A stretch of DNA of 64,000 nucleotides from Candidatus Hydrogenedentota bacterium (GCA_045863295.1 BTWA01000004.1:32001-96000); one strand, 5' to 3'; shown: positions 1 to 11,995, numbered from the stretch's first letter. Numbers and translations are program-made. Notes: generated from the sequence alone by a model not told the origin.

Positions 1-875
1 AGAAACGCGGTTTCACTTTGATCGAATTGCTCGTAGTAATAGCAATCATTGGTATCCTTGCAGCTATCCTTCTTCCGGCTCTGGCCCGTGCCCGCGAAGC
101 GGCGCGCCGTGCCAGTTGCCAGAACAATCTGAAGCAGATGGGCCTTGTGTTCAAGATGTACTCGAACGAGGCCTTCAATGCGTTGTACCCGGTCATGAAG
201 CATGCGGGCGACGACCTGTGCGACAATTTCTCCCTGGGCTTCTGGTTCCAGGGCGACTTGGTCTATCCGGAATACCTGACGGATCCGGAAATTCAGTTCT
301 GCCCGTCCGCTCCGTTTAACGACTCCGTGGAATTTCGTTGCGGCGATGTCGAAACGAATCCCTGGTGCCCGTGCGAATTCGGTGAATCCACCTACGTGTA
401 CACGGGCTTCGCGCTTGCGCTGAAGCACTATGTGACGGCCGGTGCGAACCCGAATGCTCCGAACGGCGCTTCGTTGCTTCCGGGCTTCCTGACGGTGTCG
501 GGCACGACGCCGACGGGCGGCGCGCTGGCGGTCTATGCGGCGACGATTGACGCGCAAACGACGCGCGCCAACGCGTTCAACCAGACCGAAAAGTCCAGCC
601 TGAACATTGCCGGCACGGAACGCGCCGAGCGCACCCGTGAAGGCATTGAGCGGTTCTTCATCACGAACATCAACGCGGCGGCTTCGGGTTCGAAGGCGCA
701 GAGCGAAGTGGTCGTGATGTGGGATCAGCCCAGCACGGACATCGCGGAATACAACCACGTGCCGGGCGGCTGCAACGTGCTGTACATGGACGGCCATGTC
801 GCGTTCCGCCGTTATCCGAGCACGGACCACCCCGTCAATGGAACCATGGCCTTCTTGAACGGCGACATCTTCTAA
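1..875 (+). CDS. DUF1559 / prepilin-type N-terminal methylation domain protein (5' end outside window)
   Basis: [46 protein letters not shown]-terminal H-X9-DG motif [15 protein letters not shown]; frame is open to the window edge. Confidence 0.93.
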   Translation, partial: KRGFTLIELLVVIAIIGILAAILLPALARAREAARRASCQNNLKQMGLVFKMYSNEAFNALYPVMKHAGDDLCDNFSLGFWFQGDLVYPEYLTDPEIQFCPSAPFNDSVEFRCGDVETNPWCPCEFGESTYVYTGFALALKHYVTAGANPNAPNGASLLPGFLTVSGTTPTGGALAVYAATIDAQTTRANAFNQTEKSSLNIAGTERAERTREGIERFFITNINAAASGSKAQSEVVVMWDQPSTDIAEYNHVPGGCNVLYMDGHVAFRRYPSTDHPVNGTMAFLNGDIF

Positions 876-909
876 GATTCGTCGAGGACACGTGAAAGCA
901 CCTGCACTG

Positions 910-950
910 CGCGGGCCGCTCCCGAAGGGGATGCGGCCCGCGATTTTTTT
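910..950 (+). terminator. Rho-independent terminator
   Basis: CGCGGGCCGC...GCGGCCCGCG stem followed by T7, downstream of the DUF1559 stop. Confidence 0.8.
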
Positions 951-976
951 GTATTGCTTCTGTCTCCGGGACGAGT

Positions 977-1174
977 ATGCTGTGTGTGGCCCCCCTATTG
1001 CCAGAAATGGAACCCTTGGAGACGTTTGGAATGAGTCTTCTGGAAATTTTCACCCTTGCGTATGTGAACCCGACAGAAGGTCCGTTTTCGCTGGCGGCGG
1101 CGGTATTCTTTGGGGCTTTTTGGCCTGCGATTGTCTTCATACAGTTGTTCTTTGGGCTGGCTGCCGGTCAATGA
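977..1174 (+). CDS. small hypothetical membrane protein
   Basis: 65 aa with a hydrophobic C-terminal half (SLAAAVFFGAFWPAIVFIQLFFGLAA); no recognisable family. Confidence 0.4.
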   Translation: MLCVAPLLPEMEPLETFGMSLLEIFTLAYVNPTEGPFSLAAAVFFGAFWPAIVFIQLFFGLAAGQ

Positions 1175-1342
1175 AGGCTCCAGGCCCGGGGATAGAATAC
1201 TCATTGACGAAATCGGACTTAAGGTATAGACTTTAGATATCTTTACTGCGGTAGTAAGCGGTATCGTTCGAAGTTTCGGGGGAAACCATTCGAAGGACAC
1301 GTTGCGCCCTTTGGCGTGCGTGGAGGGGGGGCCGCTCATCCA

Positions 1343-1636
1343 ATGGACGCACCATCTCGTGCGCCGAAGGATACGTCTTCGGCGCATGTGCCACACGGTC
1401 ACGTTTTCATCATTCCGAACCGGTGCAAGGGCTGCAAGTTTTGCGTCGAATTCTGCCCGACGCATGTACTGGACTACTCCGCCGAAATCAACGCCAAGGG
1501 ATACCACTATCCCGTAATTGCCGAAGGCAAGGAATTGGCGTGCGTGCACTGCAACTTCTGCGACCTTGTATGCCCTGAGATGGCGATCTTTACTCGAGAG
1601 GGCGATGCCACGGCGGTAACGGGAGGTGCATTGTGA
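1343..1636 (+). CDS. korD: 2x[4Fe-4S] ferredoxin, delta subunit of 2-oxoacid:ferredoxin oxidoreductase
   Basis: CKGCKFCVEFCP and CVHCNFCDLVCP, NAKGYHYP; overlaps the next gene (GTGA). Confidence 0.85.
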   Translation: MDAPSRAPKDTSSAHVPHGHVFIIPNRCKGCKFCVEFCPTHVLDYSAEINAKGYHYPVIAEGKELACVHCNFCDLVCPEMAIFTREGDATAVTGGAL

Positions 1637-2811
1637 GCGCCGCGGCGACCCCCACACCGGCGAGCACTGAACTCCGCGTGATGGCTGGAAATCACTTCAT
1701 GTTGGGCGATCACGCCTGCGCGGAAGGCGCTCTGGCCGCGGGGCTCGATTTCTTCGCGGGCTATCCCATTACACCCTCCACCGAGGTCATGGAAAGATTG
1801 GCGCACCGCTTGCCGCGCGTGGGTGGACGTTTTGTCCAGATGGAGGATGAGATAGCCAGCGTGGCGGCGATTATCGGCGCATCGGCCGCTGGAGCACGCA
1901 GCATGACAGCGACTTCGGGGCCCGGATTCAGCCTGATGATGGAGAATATCGGTCTCGCTGCGATGATGGAAGTGCCTATTGTGGTGGTGGACGTGCAGCG
2001 CGCCTCTCCTTCGACCGGTCTTCCCACGTCAGTTGGACAAGGCGATATTCTTCAGGCGCGTTGGGGTTCGCACGGCGATTATGGGGTGGTCGTCTATTGT
2101 CCTGCTTCTCCACAGGAATGCTTCGATTTGACGGTCGAAGCGTTCAATACAGCCGATCGGTATCGCGTCCCTACGTTTGTGCTCATGGACGAAATCATTG
2201 GCCACATGACCGAGCGTGTGACCATTCCGGCGGCGGAATCGATTCGCCGGATTGGCCGAAAGCGGCCACTGCAGGCACCGGGCGAGGGCGAGCATTTTCC
2301 GTATAAAGCCGACGCCGATTTGGTGCCCCCGATGGCCCACGCGGGCGAAGGGTATAAAGTGCATATGACGGGCCTGACTCACGATGAACGCGGGTATCCC
2401 GCGTTGAACGCGGCGGCGCACGAGAAGCTAATCCACCGGATAGTAGACAAAGTGCGCCTGAACGCGGCGGACATCGTCCGATACGAAGCGGTCATGGTGG
2501 ACGATGCGGAGACGGTTGTGGTGGCATTTGGGTGCACTTCTCGATCGGCGCGCCGTGCGGTTGCCATGGCGCGGGAACGCGGTGTTCGCGCGGGCTTTTT
2601 GAGGCCCATCACGGCCTGGCCATTTCCCAAGAAGGCGATACAGGATTTGGCAGGGCGTGGGGTGATGAAGCGCCTGATTGTGCCTGAGATTAATCTGGGG
2701 CAGATGGGCCGAGAGGTGGAGCGGGTGGTTTCGTTTCCAGTCCACCGTATCAACCGCGCTGGGGGTGCGATGATCACGCCGGACGTCATCCTGGAGGAGA
2801 TTCTTCGATGA
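1633..2811 (+). CDS. korA: 2-oxoacid:ferredoxin oxidoreductase alpha subunit
   Basis: FFAGYPITPSTE, QMEDEIAS, TATSGPGFSLM, QRASPSTGLPT motifs. Confidence 0.92.
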   Translation: MSAAATPTPASTELRVMAGNHFMLGDHACAEGALAAGLDFFAGYPITPSTEVMERLAHRLPRVGGRFVQMEDEIASVAAIIGASAAGARSMTATSGPGFSLMMENIGLAAMMEVPIVVVDVQRASPSTGLPTSVGQGDILQARWGSHGDYGVVVYCPASPQECFDLTVEAFNTADRYRVPTFVLMDEIIGHMTERVTIPAAESIRRIGRKRPLQAPGEGEHFPYKADADLVPPMAHAGEGYKVHMTGLTHDERGYPALNAAAHEKLIHRIVDKVRLNAADIVRYEAVMVDDAETVVVAFGCTSRSARRAVAMARERGVRAGFLRPITAWPFPKKAIQDLAGRGVMKRLIVPEINLGQMGREVERVVSFPVHRINRAGGAMITPDVILEEILR

Positions 2812-3722
2812 GTTTGCCTGCGGTGCGCGAAACGCATGTGGAATCACATCCAATAGACCATCTGCTTCGGGCGGATCGACTGCCTCATATCTTGTGTCCG
2901 GGTTGCGGCATTGGTTCCGTCATTCATTGCTACGTGGACGCAATCGCGGCTTCGGGCATTCCCGTGGATCAACACGTATGCGTATCGGGTATTGGTTGCA
3001 GCGGCCGTGCGGCAGGATACGTGAACGTGGATTCGTATCATACGACGCACGGACGCGCACTACCCTTTGCCTTGGGCATTGCCGTGCACCGGCCTGATCT
3101 GAAAGTAACCGTGATCAGCGGCGACGGCGATCTCACTTCGATTGGCGGGAATCATTTTATCCACGCGGCGCGGCGCAGCGTGGCGTTGCTGGTCATTTGC
3201 ATCAACAATTTCAATTACGGCATGACCGGAGGCCAGGCCGGTCCGACGACACCTTTGAGCGCACATTCGAGTACCACGCCATTCGGCTGCTGGGAGCGGC
3301 CGTTCAATCTGCCGCACCTGGCGGAGGCCGTAGGCGCTTCCTTCGTGGCGCGTTGGACCGTGCTTCATGTCCGTCAATTGCGGGATTGCCTTGTGCACGC
3401 GATGCACTTGGAGGGGTTCCGGTTTATTGAAGTTCTCTCTCTGTGCCCGACAGGATTTGGCCGGCCAAACGATATCGGCGATGGCTTGATGGAAATGCAA
3501 AATTACATGCGCCGCTGCGTTGCCGAGGATGGCGCGGACCTGCGCAGTATCGACATCGATCTGACCCGCAGCGATTCGCCGATTGTCGTAGGAAATTTTG
3601 TAGACACCAAGCGGCCTTCGTTCCGTCCCTCCATTGCGGATACTCCTCCCCCGCCTCCGAGCCCCGCGACGTGGGCGGAGGTACGGCCGACGCAATTCAA
3701 GGAGGACTCCAATGGCGACTGA
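2808..3722 (+). CDS. korB: 2-oxoacid:ferredoxin oxidoreductase beta subunit (TPP-binding)
   Basis: CPGCG, SGIGCS, HTTHGRA, GDGD...NNFNYGMTGGQ. Confidence 0.92.
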   Translation: MSLPAVRETHVESHPIDHLLRADRLPHILCPGCGIGSVIHCYVDAIAASGIPVDQHVCVSGIGCSGRAAGYVNVDSYHTTHGRALPFALGIAVHRPDLKVTVISGDGDLTSIGGNHFIHAARRSVALLVICINNFNYGMTGGQAGPTTPLSAHSSTTPFGCWERPFNLPHLAEAVGASFVARWTVLHVRQLRDCLVHAMHLEGFRFIEVLSLCPTGFGRPNDIGDGLMEMQNYMRRCVAEDGADLRSIDIDLTRSDSPIVVGNFVDTKRPSFRPSIADTPPPPPSPATWAEVRPTQFKEDSNGD

Positions 3723-4272
3723 AGGCGGTGTCCTGACCAAGTCCACCGAGATCCGGGTGAGCGGGTATGGCGGACAGGGAGTCGTGCTGGCCGGAATGCT
3801 GTTGGGGAAGGCGGCGGCACTATACGACGGCAAAGAGGCGGTCTTCACGCAGTCGTACGGCCCCGAGGCGCGAGGCGGGGCTTCATGCGCGGACATCGTG
3901 GTATCGGATGGGCCAATCGATTACCCGCTGGTTTCCAGTCCGGACATCCTTGTCACGCTGTTTCAAGAGGCGTATGTGAAATACCGCCCAACGCTTCGCG
4001 ACGGCGGGTTGCTAATACTGGAGAGCAGTCTTGTGCATCCGTCGAAGGAGGTGCATCCGTATTCCGCGATCGATGCGACGGCGATGGCCGACGGTCTTGG
4101 AAAACGTCTTGTGATGAACGTCATCGTACTGGGCTTTTTGGTAGGCAAAACGGGCGTTGTCAGCGTTGAATCCATGCAGAAGGCGATTGAGTCGACGATG
4201 AAGAGCAAAACGGTGGAACTGAATTTGCGGGCGTTTGAGGCGGGCCTTGAGCGGGCCACGAAGGCGGCGTGA
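3712..4272 (+). CDS. korC: 2-oxoacid:ferredoxin oxidoreductase gamma subunit
   Basis: SGYGGQGVVLAG, QSYGPEARGG; ATG at 3712 preceded by GGAGGA. Confidence 0.9.
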   Translation: MATEGGVLTKSTEIRVSGYGGQGVVLAGMLLGKAAALYDGKEAVFTQSYGPEARGGASCADIVVSDGPIDYPLVSSPDILVTLFQEAYVKYRPTLRDGGLLILESSLVHPSKEVHPYSAIDATAMADGLGKRLVMNVIVLGFLVGKTGVVSVESMQKAIESTMKSKTVELNLRAFEAGLERATKAA

Positions 4273-5684
4273 TTATGTACGGCAATGTGCTGGTGATCGG
4301 GGGTGGCATCGCAGGGATACGGGCGGCGCTGGATCTGGCCGAGAGCGGCGTAGGCGTGGTGCTCGTGGAGACCGAGCCGGTCATCGGCGGGACGATGGCC
4401 GCGCGCCTTTCCGAAGCGGGCGAGACGTTTCATGTGGGACCGGGCAACCAAGTGCCTCATCCGCTGCCGGTCTCGCAGCACCCAAACATTGAGCTTCTAA
4501 CGTTGAGCGATTTGGTTTCGTTGGAAGGAACGCCGGGACGTTTCGTGGCTACAATACGGCGGCGGGCCCGTTTTGTAAGTGATGCCTGCACGCAATGCAA
4601 CCGGTGTCACGTGGCGTGTCCTTCGGTGGTGCCGAACGAGTATCAGTCCGGCCTGGTATATCGCAAGGCCATCTACACGCCCTTTCATGGAGCGGTTCCC
4701 CCGACGTATGCCATCGATATCGAGCATTGTCTGAACACTCCTCCCAACTACCTTCCATGCCGCAGGTGCATCGATGTGTGCGAAGACCATGCCATACGAT
4801 TTGACGGGGCGTTGGAGACGGTGGTTCGGCGCGAAGTATCGGCGGCGATTGTATGCGTGGGATACAGCCTTGCCGATTCGACGCCTTTAAAGGAATTTGG
4901 GTATGGGGAACAGCCGGACATTCTGACATACATGGAACTGGAACGACTGACTTCTTCGGTCGGGCCTACGGGCGGGTACTTGGAAAAGATATCGAACGAG
5001 GCGACGCCGGAGAATGTGTTGTACGTGATTGCGGACTCTTCTCGCTGGTCTTGTTTGTGCGCGGCCGCGCAGACAGACCGGCTCGTGGCTCAGGGGATCA
5101 CGGACATTACCGTATTGCATCCCGCGAGTACCCTGTTTGGGGATACGTTCGAACATTTCTGGAGTACGCACACGAAGCACCCGGTGCGGTTGACGGAAGG
5201 AACACTGGACCGGCTGGCCCCCATTGAGGACGACATGATGCGGGCGCACTACCGGCGCAACGGCGATGCGGCCATGGCTACACAGGACTTTGACATGGTG
5301 GTGTTTACGACGGCCGTACAGCCCAGTCCGGGCCTTGACGCGCTTGCGCATGCGTTGCGCATCGATTTGGATGACTGCGGCTTCATCAAGCGCGGGTCAC
5401 CCGAAAACGGCATGAATGCGACGACGCGGCCGGGCGTGTACGCGGCGGGGTGCGCGTGCGGTCCCAAGGATGTGGCGGACAGCATCGCGGAGAGCAAGGC
5501 GGCCGCGATCTATGCGTTACGCCATTTAGACCGGCGGCGCGAGGCCACTCCCCTTCCCGAACTTGCGATGGGCGGCACTGAACCTGCGTCGAGCCATTCC
5601 ACGTCCTCTAGCGACGAGATCCGCGGACGGATAGAGCGGGTTGTCGTGCGCCTTATGGAAATGGGTGGCGGGTCGATTGGCTGA
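4269..5684 (+). CDS. HdrA-like FAD/4Fe-4S oxidoreductase (heterodisulfide reductase subunit A family, degenerate)
   Basis: VLVIGGGIAGIRAALDLA, CTQCNRCHVACP, RKAIYTPF, CRRCIDVC, TRPGVYAAGCACGPKDVADS. Confidence 0.85.
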   Translation: MIMYGNVLVIGGGIAGIRAALDLAESGVGVVLVETEPVIGGTMAARLSEAGETFHVGPGNQVPHPLPVSQHPNIELLTLSDLVSLEGTPGRFVATIRRRARFVSDACTQCNRCHVACPSVVPNEYQSGLVYRKAIYTPFHGAVPPTYAIDIEHCLNTPPNYLPCRRCIDVCEDHAIRFDGALETVVRREVSAAIVCVGYSLADSTPLKEFGYGEQPDILTYMELERLTSSVGPTGGYLEKISNEATPENVLYVIADSSRWSCLCAAAQTDRLVAQGITDITVLHPASTLFGDTFEHFWSTHTKHPVRLTEGTLDRLAPIEDDMMRAHYRRNGDAAMATQDFDMVVFTTAVQPSPGLDALAHALRIDLDDCGFIKRGSPENGMNATTRPGVYAAGCACGPKDVADSIAESKAAAIYALRHLDRRREATPLPELAMGGTEPASSHSTSSSDEIRGRIERVVVRLMEMGGGSIG

Positions 5685-5829
5685 TCCCACACCCGCGATT
5701 TACGATTACACTTTCCGGTTCTGATAATCCTGCTCGTCTGCCATTATGTGTTGCCCACCTGTTGTGGTAGGATGGGGAAACATTCTTGGGTGTGCATTGA
5801 GGGCGGTTATTTCTTGGAGGATTACGGGC

Positions 5830-6744
5830 ATGAATCGCAGGCAGTTTGTGGCGGCGGGCTTGGGGACGGCGGCGGCAGTGGCGGGTGCGGCGCTGGGATC
5901 GAAGGATGTGGCGCAGGCGGCACCTCAACGCACTTTCAAACTGAAATACGCGCCCCACTTTGGCATGTTCAAAGAGAGCGCGGGCGAGGATCTGATCGAT
6001 CAGTTGAAGTTCATGGCGGATCAGGGATTCACGGCGCTGGAAGACAACGGCATGCGAGGGCGGCCGGTGGACGTGCAGGAAAAGATTGGCCAGGAGTTGA
6101 GCCGTCTGGGTATGACGATGGGGGTGTTTGTTGCAACGGGCGACTTCAAGAATGTCACGTTTGCCACGGACAGCGAAGAGGCGCGCGCCAAGATTCTGGC
6201 GGATATGAAAGATTCACTTGAGGTGGCCAAACGCGTGAACGCGAAGTGGGCGACGGTGGTGCCGGGACGTTATGACGAAGGCCTGGAATGGGATTATCAG
6301 AATGTGCACGTCATCGACAATTTGAAGCGGTGCTGCGAATTGCTGGAACCGGCGGGTCTGGCGATGGTGTTGGAGCCGCTGAATCCCTGGCGGGATCACC
6401 CCGGGCTGTTCCTGACGAAAATTCCGCAGGCATACATGATTTGCCGCGGTGTGGGCAGTCCGTCGTGCAAGATTCTCTTTGACATTTATCATCAACAGAT
6501 CACCGAAGGCAATCTGATTCCCAACATGGAAAAGGCATGGGACGAGATTGCGTATTTCCAGGTGGGCGACAATCCGGGCCGCAAAGAGCCCACCACCGGC
6601 GAGATTAATTATTTAAACGTGTTCAAGTACATCCACGGTCGCGGGTTCAACGGGGTCGTGGGGATGGAACACGGCAATTCCAAGCCGGGCAAGGAAGGCG
6701 AACAAGCGGTCATTGACGCGTATGTAGTGAGCGACCAATTCTAA
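5830..6744 (+). CDS. hydroxypyruvate isomerase family (xylose isomerase-like TIM barrel) with Tat signal
   Basis: MNRRQFVAAG Tat motif; LEPLN, LFDIYHQQITEGNL, DNPGRKEPTTGEINY. Confidence 0.88.
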   Translation: MNRRQFVAAGLGTAAAVAGAALGSKDVAQAAPQRTFKLKYAPHFGMFKESAGEDLIDQLKFMADQGFTALEDNGMRGRPVDVQEKIGQELSRLGMTMGVFVATGDFKNVTFATDSEEARAKILADMKDSLEVAKRVNAKWATVVPGRYDEGLEWDYQNVHVIDNLKRCCELLEPAGLAMVLEPLNPWRDHPGLFLTKIPQAYMICRGVGSPSCKILFDIYHQQITEGNLIPNMEKAWDEIAYFQVGDNPGRKEPTTGEINYLNVFKYIHGRGFNGVVGMEHGNSKPGKEGEQAVIDAYVVSDQF

Positions 6745-6844
6745 CAGTGCGATATTTCGGCGGCCCATGCGATGGTCTGAAGACAGCGTGGGCCGCCGAT
6801 TGACTGCAAGCTGGTGAGCACAGTACCCCAATGGGAGGACTTGT

Positions 6845-8881
6845 GTGATGATACGACTTGCTGTTTGTTTGTCAATCCCACTGATTGTGTATTTCCTTCT
6901 GCCCCCCCTGCAAGCGCGGGCGCAAGAGCTTGCGCACGTGCCCTTCCCAAGGACTACTTCGGGCACTGAGTACCGTGAAGATATTAACCAGTATTTCTGG
7001 AACAAGAATTTCGCGGCGCTTGAAGATATCGTGCGACAGATTTATGCGCGAGACGGGCAACACCTGCCGGATGGCACTTCCCTACTTGGCGTGTACTACG
7101 CGGTGCTTGGCATCGACAGTCTGGACGATTCAGTGCGGGATAAGAAGATCGCGATCGCGAAGGAATGGCGAGAATCTTTTCCCAACTCAGCCACTGTTCG
7201 GATTTTGCTCGCCCAAATGCATATCAGTCTGGCGTGGCAATCGCGCGGCAGCGGCTGGGCAAGCAGTGTGACGCTTGCGGGATGGCAAGAATTTCGCGAC
7301 AACATCGATTCGGCCGAAACGCTACTGGAGGAAGCAGAGGCTTTGGGGGTGCGCGACGCAGAATTGCACAGCAACAAGATCACCGTGGCGATGGCCAAGA
7401 ACGGCTCCGCGTCGGCCATCCTCTCGGAATTCCACAAGGGCATTTCGATACTGCCTGAACATCATGATCTGTATATTGCCGCTACGAATGCGTTGTTGCC
7501 CCGTTGGGGCGGTTCGCGGGATTCTGTCGAATCGTTTGCCGACGATGCGGTGAAACGTACTTCCGAGGCGTTGGGCGAGGGCGCGTACTACTGGATTACC
7601 AGCCTTGTGGAATCCATGGAAACCGAGCGGGACTACCGCCGGTACCAGTTGCCTTGGGTTCGGGTAAAGAAAGCCTATCTGGATCTCAAGGAGCGTGGCT
7701 TTGCCTTCAACTACACCGCAAACTACATGTGTTACTGGTCGGGGCGGGAAAACGACCGAGAGTTCATGAGGGCGTGCATGCGGGATATGGGAGGTATCGT
7801 GCATGCGACGGTCTGGTCGCAGGCTACGTACGAACGTTGGAAGGTCTGGGCCGAAGGGGCCGGAGAATTCCCGGGAATGAAGCCTATCCACCGTGCCGTA
7901 TTGGAAGGGGATCTACAAGGGGTCAAACTGTTGCTGGACGAGGGCGTGGATGTGAACACGCGCGACGACAAAATGCGTACGCCGCTTTTGCTGGCGGTAA
8001 CAGGCGACAAATGGCCGATTGTGTCCTTGTTGTTGGAAGCGGGCGCCGACCCGAATGCCCAGCGTGACGAGGGCTGGAGCCCGTTTCACTATGTGCTGTA
8101 TGAGATGATTCCGGAATGGTCCGAGTCCGAGCCGAAGTCAAGTTCGCCAACCGGGCTGCTGGAGAGTGTGCAATCGGCCGCGATGAATCTCCTCGACACC
8201 GGGGCGCGTTACCAAGAAGAACAGATGGATAGTCGATTGCGGGCGGCGAAAGAGATGATCGAACGCGGCGCGGACCTGACAGTAGTCACAGAAGGCGGCA
8301 CAACCGCGCTCCAGCTTCTCGCCTGCGTGGGTGATGCAACGCTGATGAAGGAGGCGATGGAGAAGTCCGACGCGGATGTCAACGCACGCAACAGGAATGG
8401 ATCGACGGCACTCGGAATCGCGGCGGATTATTCGCACTGGGATGTGGTGGCCCTGCTGCTGGAGCGCAAGGCCGATCCTAACATTGGAACGAACAACGGC
8501 TGGACACCGCTCTGTTGCGCAGTTGACCGTGGGCACGGCGAGACGGTCTCGCTGTTGCTGAAGCATGGCGCGGATGTGAATCTGGCCGATCAGACGGGGT
8601 GGACTCCGCTGCATATGGCGGCGATGGAAGGCAACGCGGAGATGACGACGATTCTGCTGGCACAGCAGGGAGTCGTGGTCGATGCTATCGGCGAGTCGGG
8701 GCGTACGCCTTTGTTGACCGCGGCACGCAACGGGCATGCGGAGGTTGCCCGGTTGCTGATTGACGCAGGAGCGAATGCGACGCTGAAAGACATGAAAGGC
8801 AAGTCCGCCCTTGATCTGGCGACGGCCAGGAGCCACACGGCGGTGATGGAATTGTTGAAGGGGAAACCACGCAGCAACTAA
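6845..8881 (+). CDS. secreted DUF4034-like domain + ankyrin repeat protein
   Basis: N-terminal signal; AWQSRGSGWASSV and LLPRWGGS motifs; multiple TPLH/TPLL...GADVN ankyrin repeats in the C-terminal half. Confidence 0.85.
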   Translation: MMIRLAVCLSIPLIVYFLLPPLQARAQELAHVPFPRTTSGTEYREDINQYFWNKNFAALEDIVRQIYARDGQHLPDGTSLLGVYYAVLGIDSLDDSVRDKKIAIAKEWRESFPNSATVRILLAQMHISLAWQSRGSGWASSVTLAGWQEFRDNIDSAETLLEEAEALGVRDAELHSNKITVAMAKNGSASAILSEFHKGISILPEHHDLYIAATNALLPRWGGSRDSVESFADDAVKRTSEALGEGAYYWITSLVESMETERDYRRYQLPWVRVKKAYLDLKERGFAFNYTANYMCYWSGRENDREFMRACMRDMGGIVHATVWSQATYERWKVWAEGAGEFPGMKPIHRAVLEGDLQGVKLLLDEGVDVNTRDDKMRTPLLLAVTGDKWPIVSLLLEAGADPNAQRDEGWSPFHYVLYEMIPEWSESEPKSSSPTGLLESVQSAAMNLLDTGARYQEEQMDSRLRAAKEMIERGADLTVVTEGGTTALQLLACVGDATLMKEAMEKSDADVNARNRNGSTALGIAADYSHWDVVALLLERKADPNIGTNNGWTPLCCAVDRGHGETVSLLLKHGADVNLADQTGWTPLHMAAMEGNAEMTTILLAQQGVVVDAIGESGRTPLLTAARNGHAEVARLLIDAGANATLKDMKGKSALDLATARSHTAVMELLKGKPRSN

Positions 8882-8938
8882 ACGTTGCCTCCTGGGATTG
8901 GATCGCGAGACGAACTTCGAGTGGAGGTTTGGTCCTGT

Positions 8939-9247
8939 ATGCGATACGCGACTTTTCTTGCTTTGTGCTTTGCCGCCGTTTCAACGTTGAGCCTTGATAC
9001 GCAGCCTCTCCAAGACCGGATTCCTGTCAGGAACCGGGACGGGTTCAAGAAGGCAATGGTGGACACGTTGAATGCGCGCGACTTCGACTCCCTCGATCAA
9101 TTGGCCGCCGATATTGAGTCTGGCGCGTTTCCGTTTCGGCTGGATACCCTTCAGCGGACCATGGACGTGTACTACGGCGCACTGGGCATCTGTGGGCTTA
9201 ACGAAGCCGAGACCGCCGCGCGATTGTGGCCTCCTTGGGACCGGTGA
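8939..9247 (+). pseudogene. truncated paralogue of the N-terminus of the preceding DUF4034/ankyrin protein
   Basis: signal peptide; RDFDSLDQLAADI..DVYYGALGICGL resembles KNFAALEDIVRQI..GVYYAVLGIDSL; stops after about 102 codons. Confidence 0.6.
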
Positions 9248-9341
9248 AAAACGTACCGTTGTTGGGGTCGGATTTCGAGCGTCTGTTTACAGGCAGGAAG
9301 TTCAGATGCAAAAGGATACCGCCGTCTGCTGCGAGAAAAAA

Positions 9342-9416
9342 TGGTAGCCCGTAGGGGAGTCGAACCCCTGCGACAGGACTGAGAACCCTGCATCCTAACC
9401 ACTAGATGAACGGGCC
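9342..9416 (-). tRNA. tRNA-Glu (CTC)
   Basis: reverse complement GGCCCGTTCATCTAGTGGTTAGGATGCAGGGTT-CTC-AGTCCTGTCGCAGGGGTTCGACTCCCCTACGGGCTACCA; cloverleaf with encoded CCA. Confidence 0.96.
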
Positions 9417-9454
9417 ACGCTTCAACAGGCCTTCGTGGAAAGCCCGGATTGAGC

Positions 9455-9530
9455 TGGTTGCCGGACTAGGACTCGAACCTAGAATCTCCTGAGTCAGAGT
9501 CAGGCGCCTTACCAATTTGGCTATCCGGCA
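9455..9530 (-). tRNA. tRNA-Gln (CTG)
   Basis: reverse complement TGCCGGATAGCCAAATTGGTAAGGCGCCTGACT-CTG-ACTCAGGAGATTCTAGGTTCGAGTCCTAGTCCGGCAACCA. Confidence 0.96.
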
Positions 9531-9553
9531 AAATCTGCTAACGGCGACTTGGG

Positions 9554-9582
9554 ATCGTAGCGAAATATGGCGAAACAGTCAA
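9554..9582 (-). promoter_or_regulatory. sigma70-like promoter of the tRNA-Gln/tRNA-Glu pair
   Basis: minus strand TTGACT-N17-TACGAT just upstream of tRNA-Gln. Confidence 0.6.
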
Positions 9583-9819
9583 GTTTTGCGGTTTTGATCC
9601 ATGTGCCAACCTTGGCTGCATGACAATTTCGTAACGGATTGCACGGAATGGTTGTCATGCTGCGTCGGCATACTCCAAATAGGAAATGACCTGCGGGCCA
9701 AGGAGTTGCCGGTATGGAGCAAAATCACGGATTGGGCGCGCTGTTGTGCAAGCTGGGGGTTGCCTGCGATGGCCGGTGGGAGGCCATGGCGGAGGCGTCA
9801 GAGCGGCGTGACCGGGACG

Positions 9820-9860
9820 AAAATAAACTCCCCGCTCCGCATTTGCCGCGGAGCGGGGAG
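9820..9860 (-). terminator. groEL terminator
   Basis: 13-bp stem CTCCCCGCTCCGC/GCGGAGCGGGGAG followed by TTTATTTT on the minus strand. Confidence 0.8.
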
Positions 9861-9899
9861 CTGAATAGCGCCGATTAGACGCCGCGCGAGCGGGGTCGA

Positions 9900-11579
<1,680 letters not shown>

Positions 11580-11591
11580 TTAAACCCTTCG

Positions 11592-11882
11592 TTACTTCTC
11601 GATGACCGCCAACACATCGTCTTCGCGCATGATGATGTGTTCGTCGCCGTCGATCTTCACTTCCGTGCCGGAATACTTGCCCATAAGGATGCGGTCGCCC
11701 TTTTTGACTTCGAGGGGCACGCGTTTGCCGTTTTCGTCCAAGCGGCCGGGGCCGACTTCGATGACTTTGCCTTCTTGGGGCTTTTCCTTGGCCGTGTCGG
11801 GGATGATGATTCCCCCGCGGACGGTTTCACTGGGCTCTTCGCGCTTCACGAGAATGCGATCTGCAAGCGGTTTCACTTTCAT
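11592..11882 (-). CDS. groES: co-chaperonin GroES
   Basis: [13 protein letters not shown]...[16 protein letters not shown]. Confidence 0.99.
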   Translation of the reverse strand: MKVKPLADRILVKREEPSETVRGGIIIPDTAKEKPQEGKVIEVGPGRLDENGKRVPLEVKKGDRILMGKYSGTEVKIDGDEHIIMREDDVLAVIEK

Positions 11883-11979
11883 GGTCTAACTCCCTCACCT
11901 TGTTACCGTTACCAAGTTGTTTCCGAATTTTGTTTTCGATGGCCGGTCATACAATCCGGGCATCGTGCCTTGCTTTGAA

Positions 11980-11995
11980 AGCAACCTGTATACCA
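11980..11995 (-). promoter_or_regulatory. putative sigma54 (-24/-12) promoter upstream of groES
   Basis: minus strand TGGTATACAGGTTGCT (GG-N10-GC, TTGCT). Confidence 0.6.

Noticed and set aside
4269..5684. Selenocysteine readthrough in the HdrA-like gene
   Set aside because: No internal in-frame TGA; the terminal TGA follows a non-conserved tail.
9342..9530. Prophage or integrative element at the tRNAs
   Set aside because: No integrase, phage genes or duplicated tRNA 3' end in the window.
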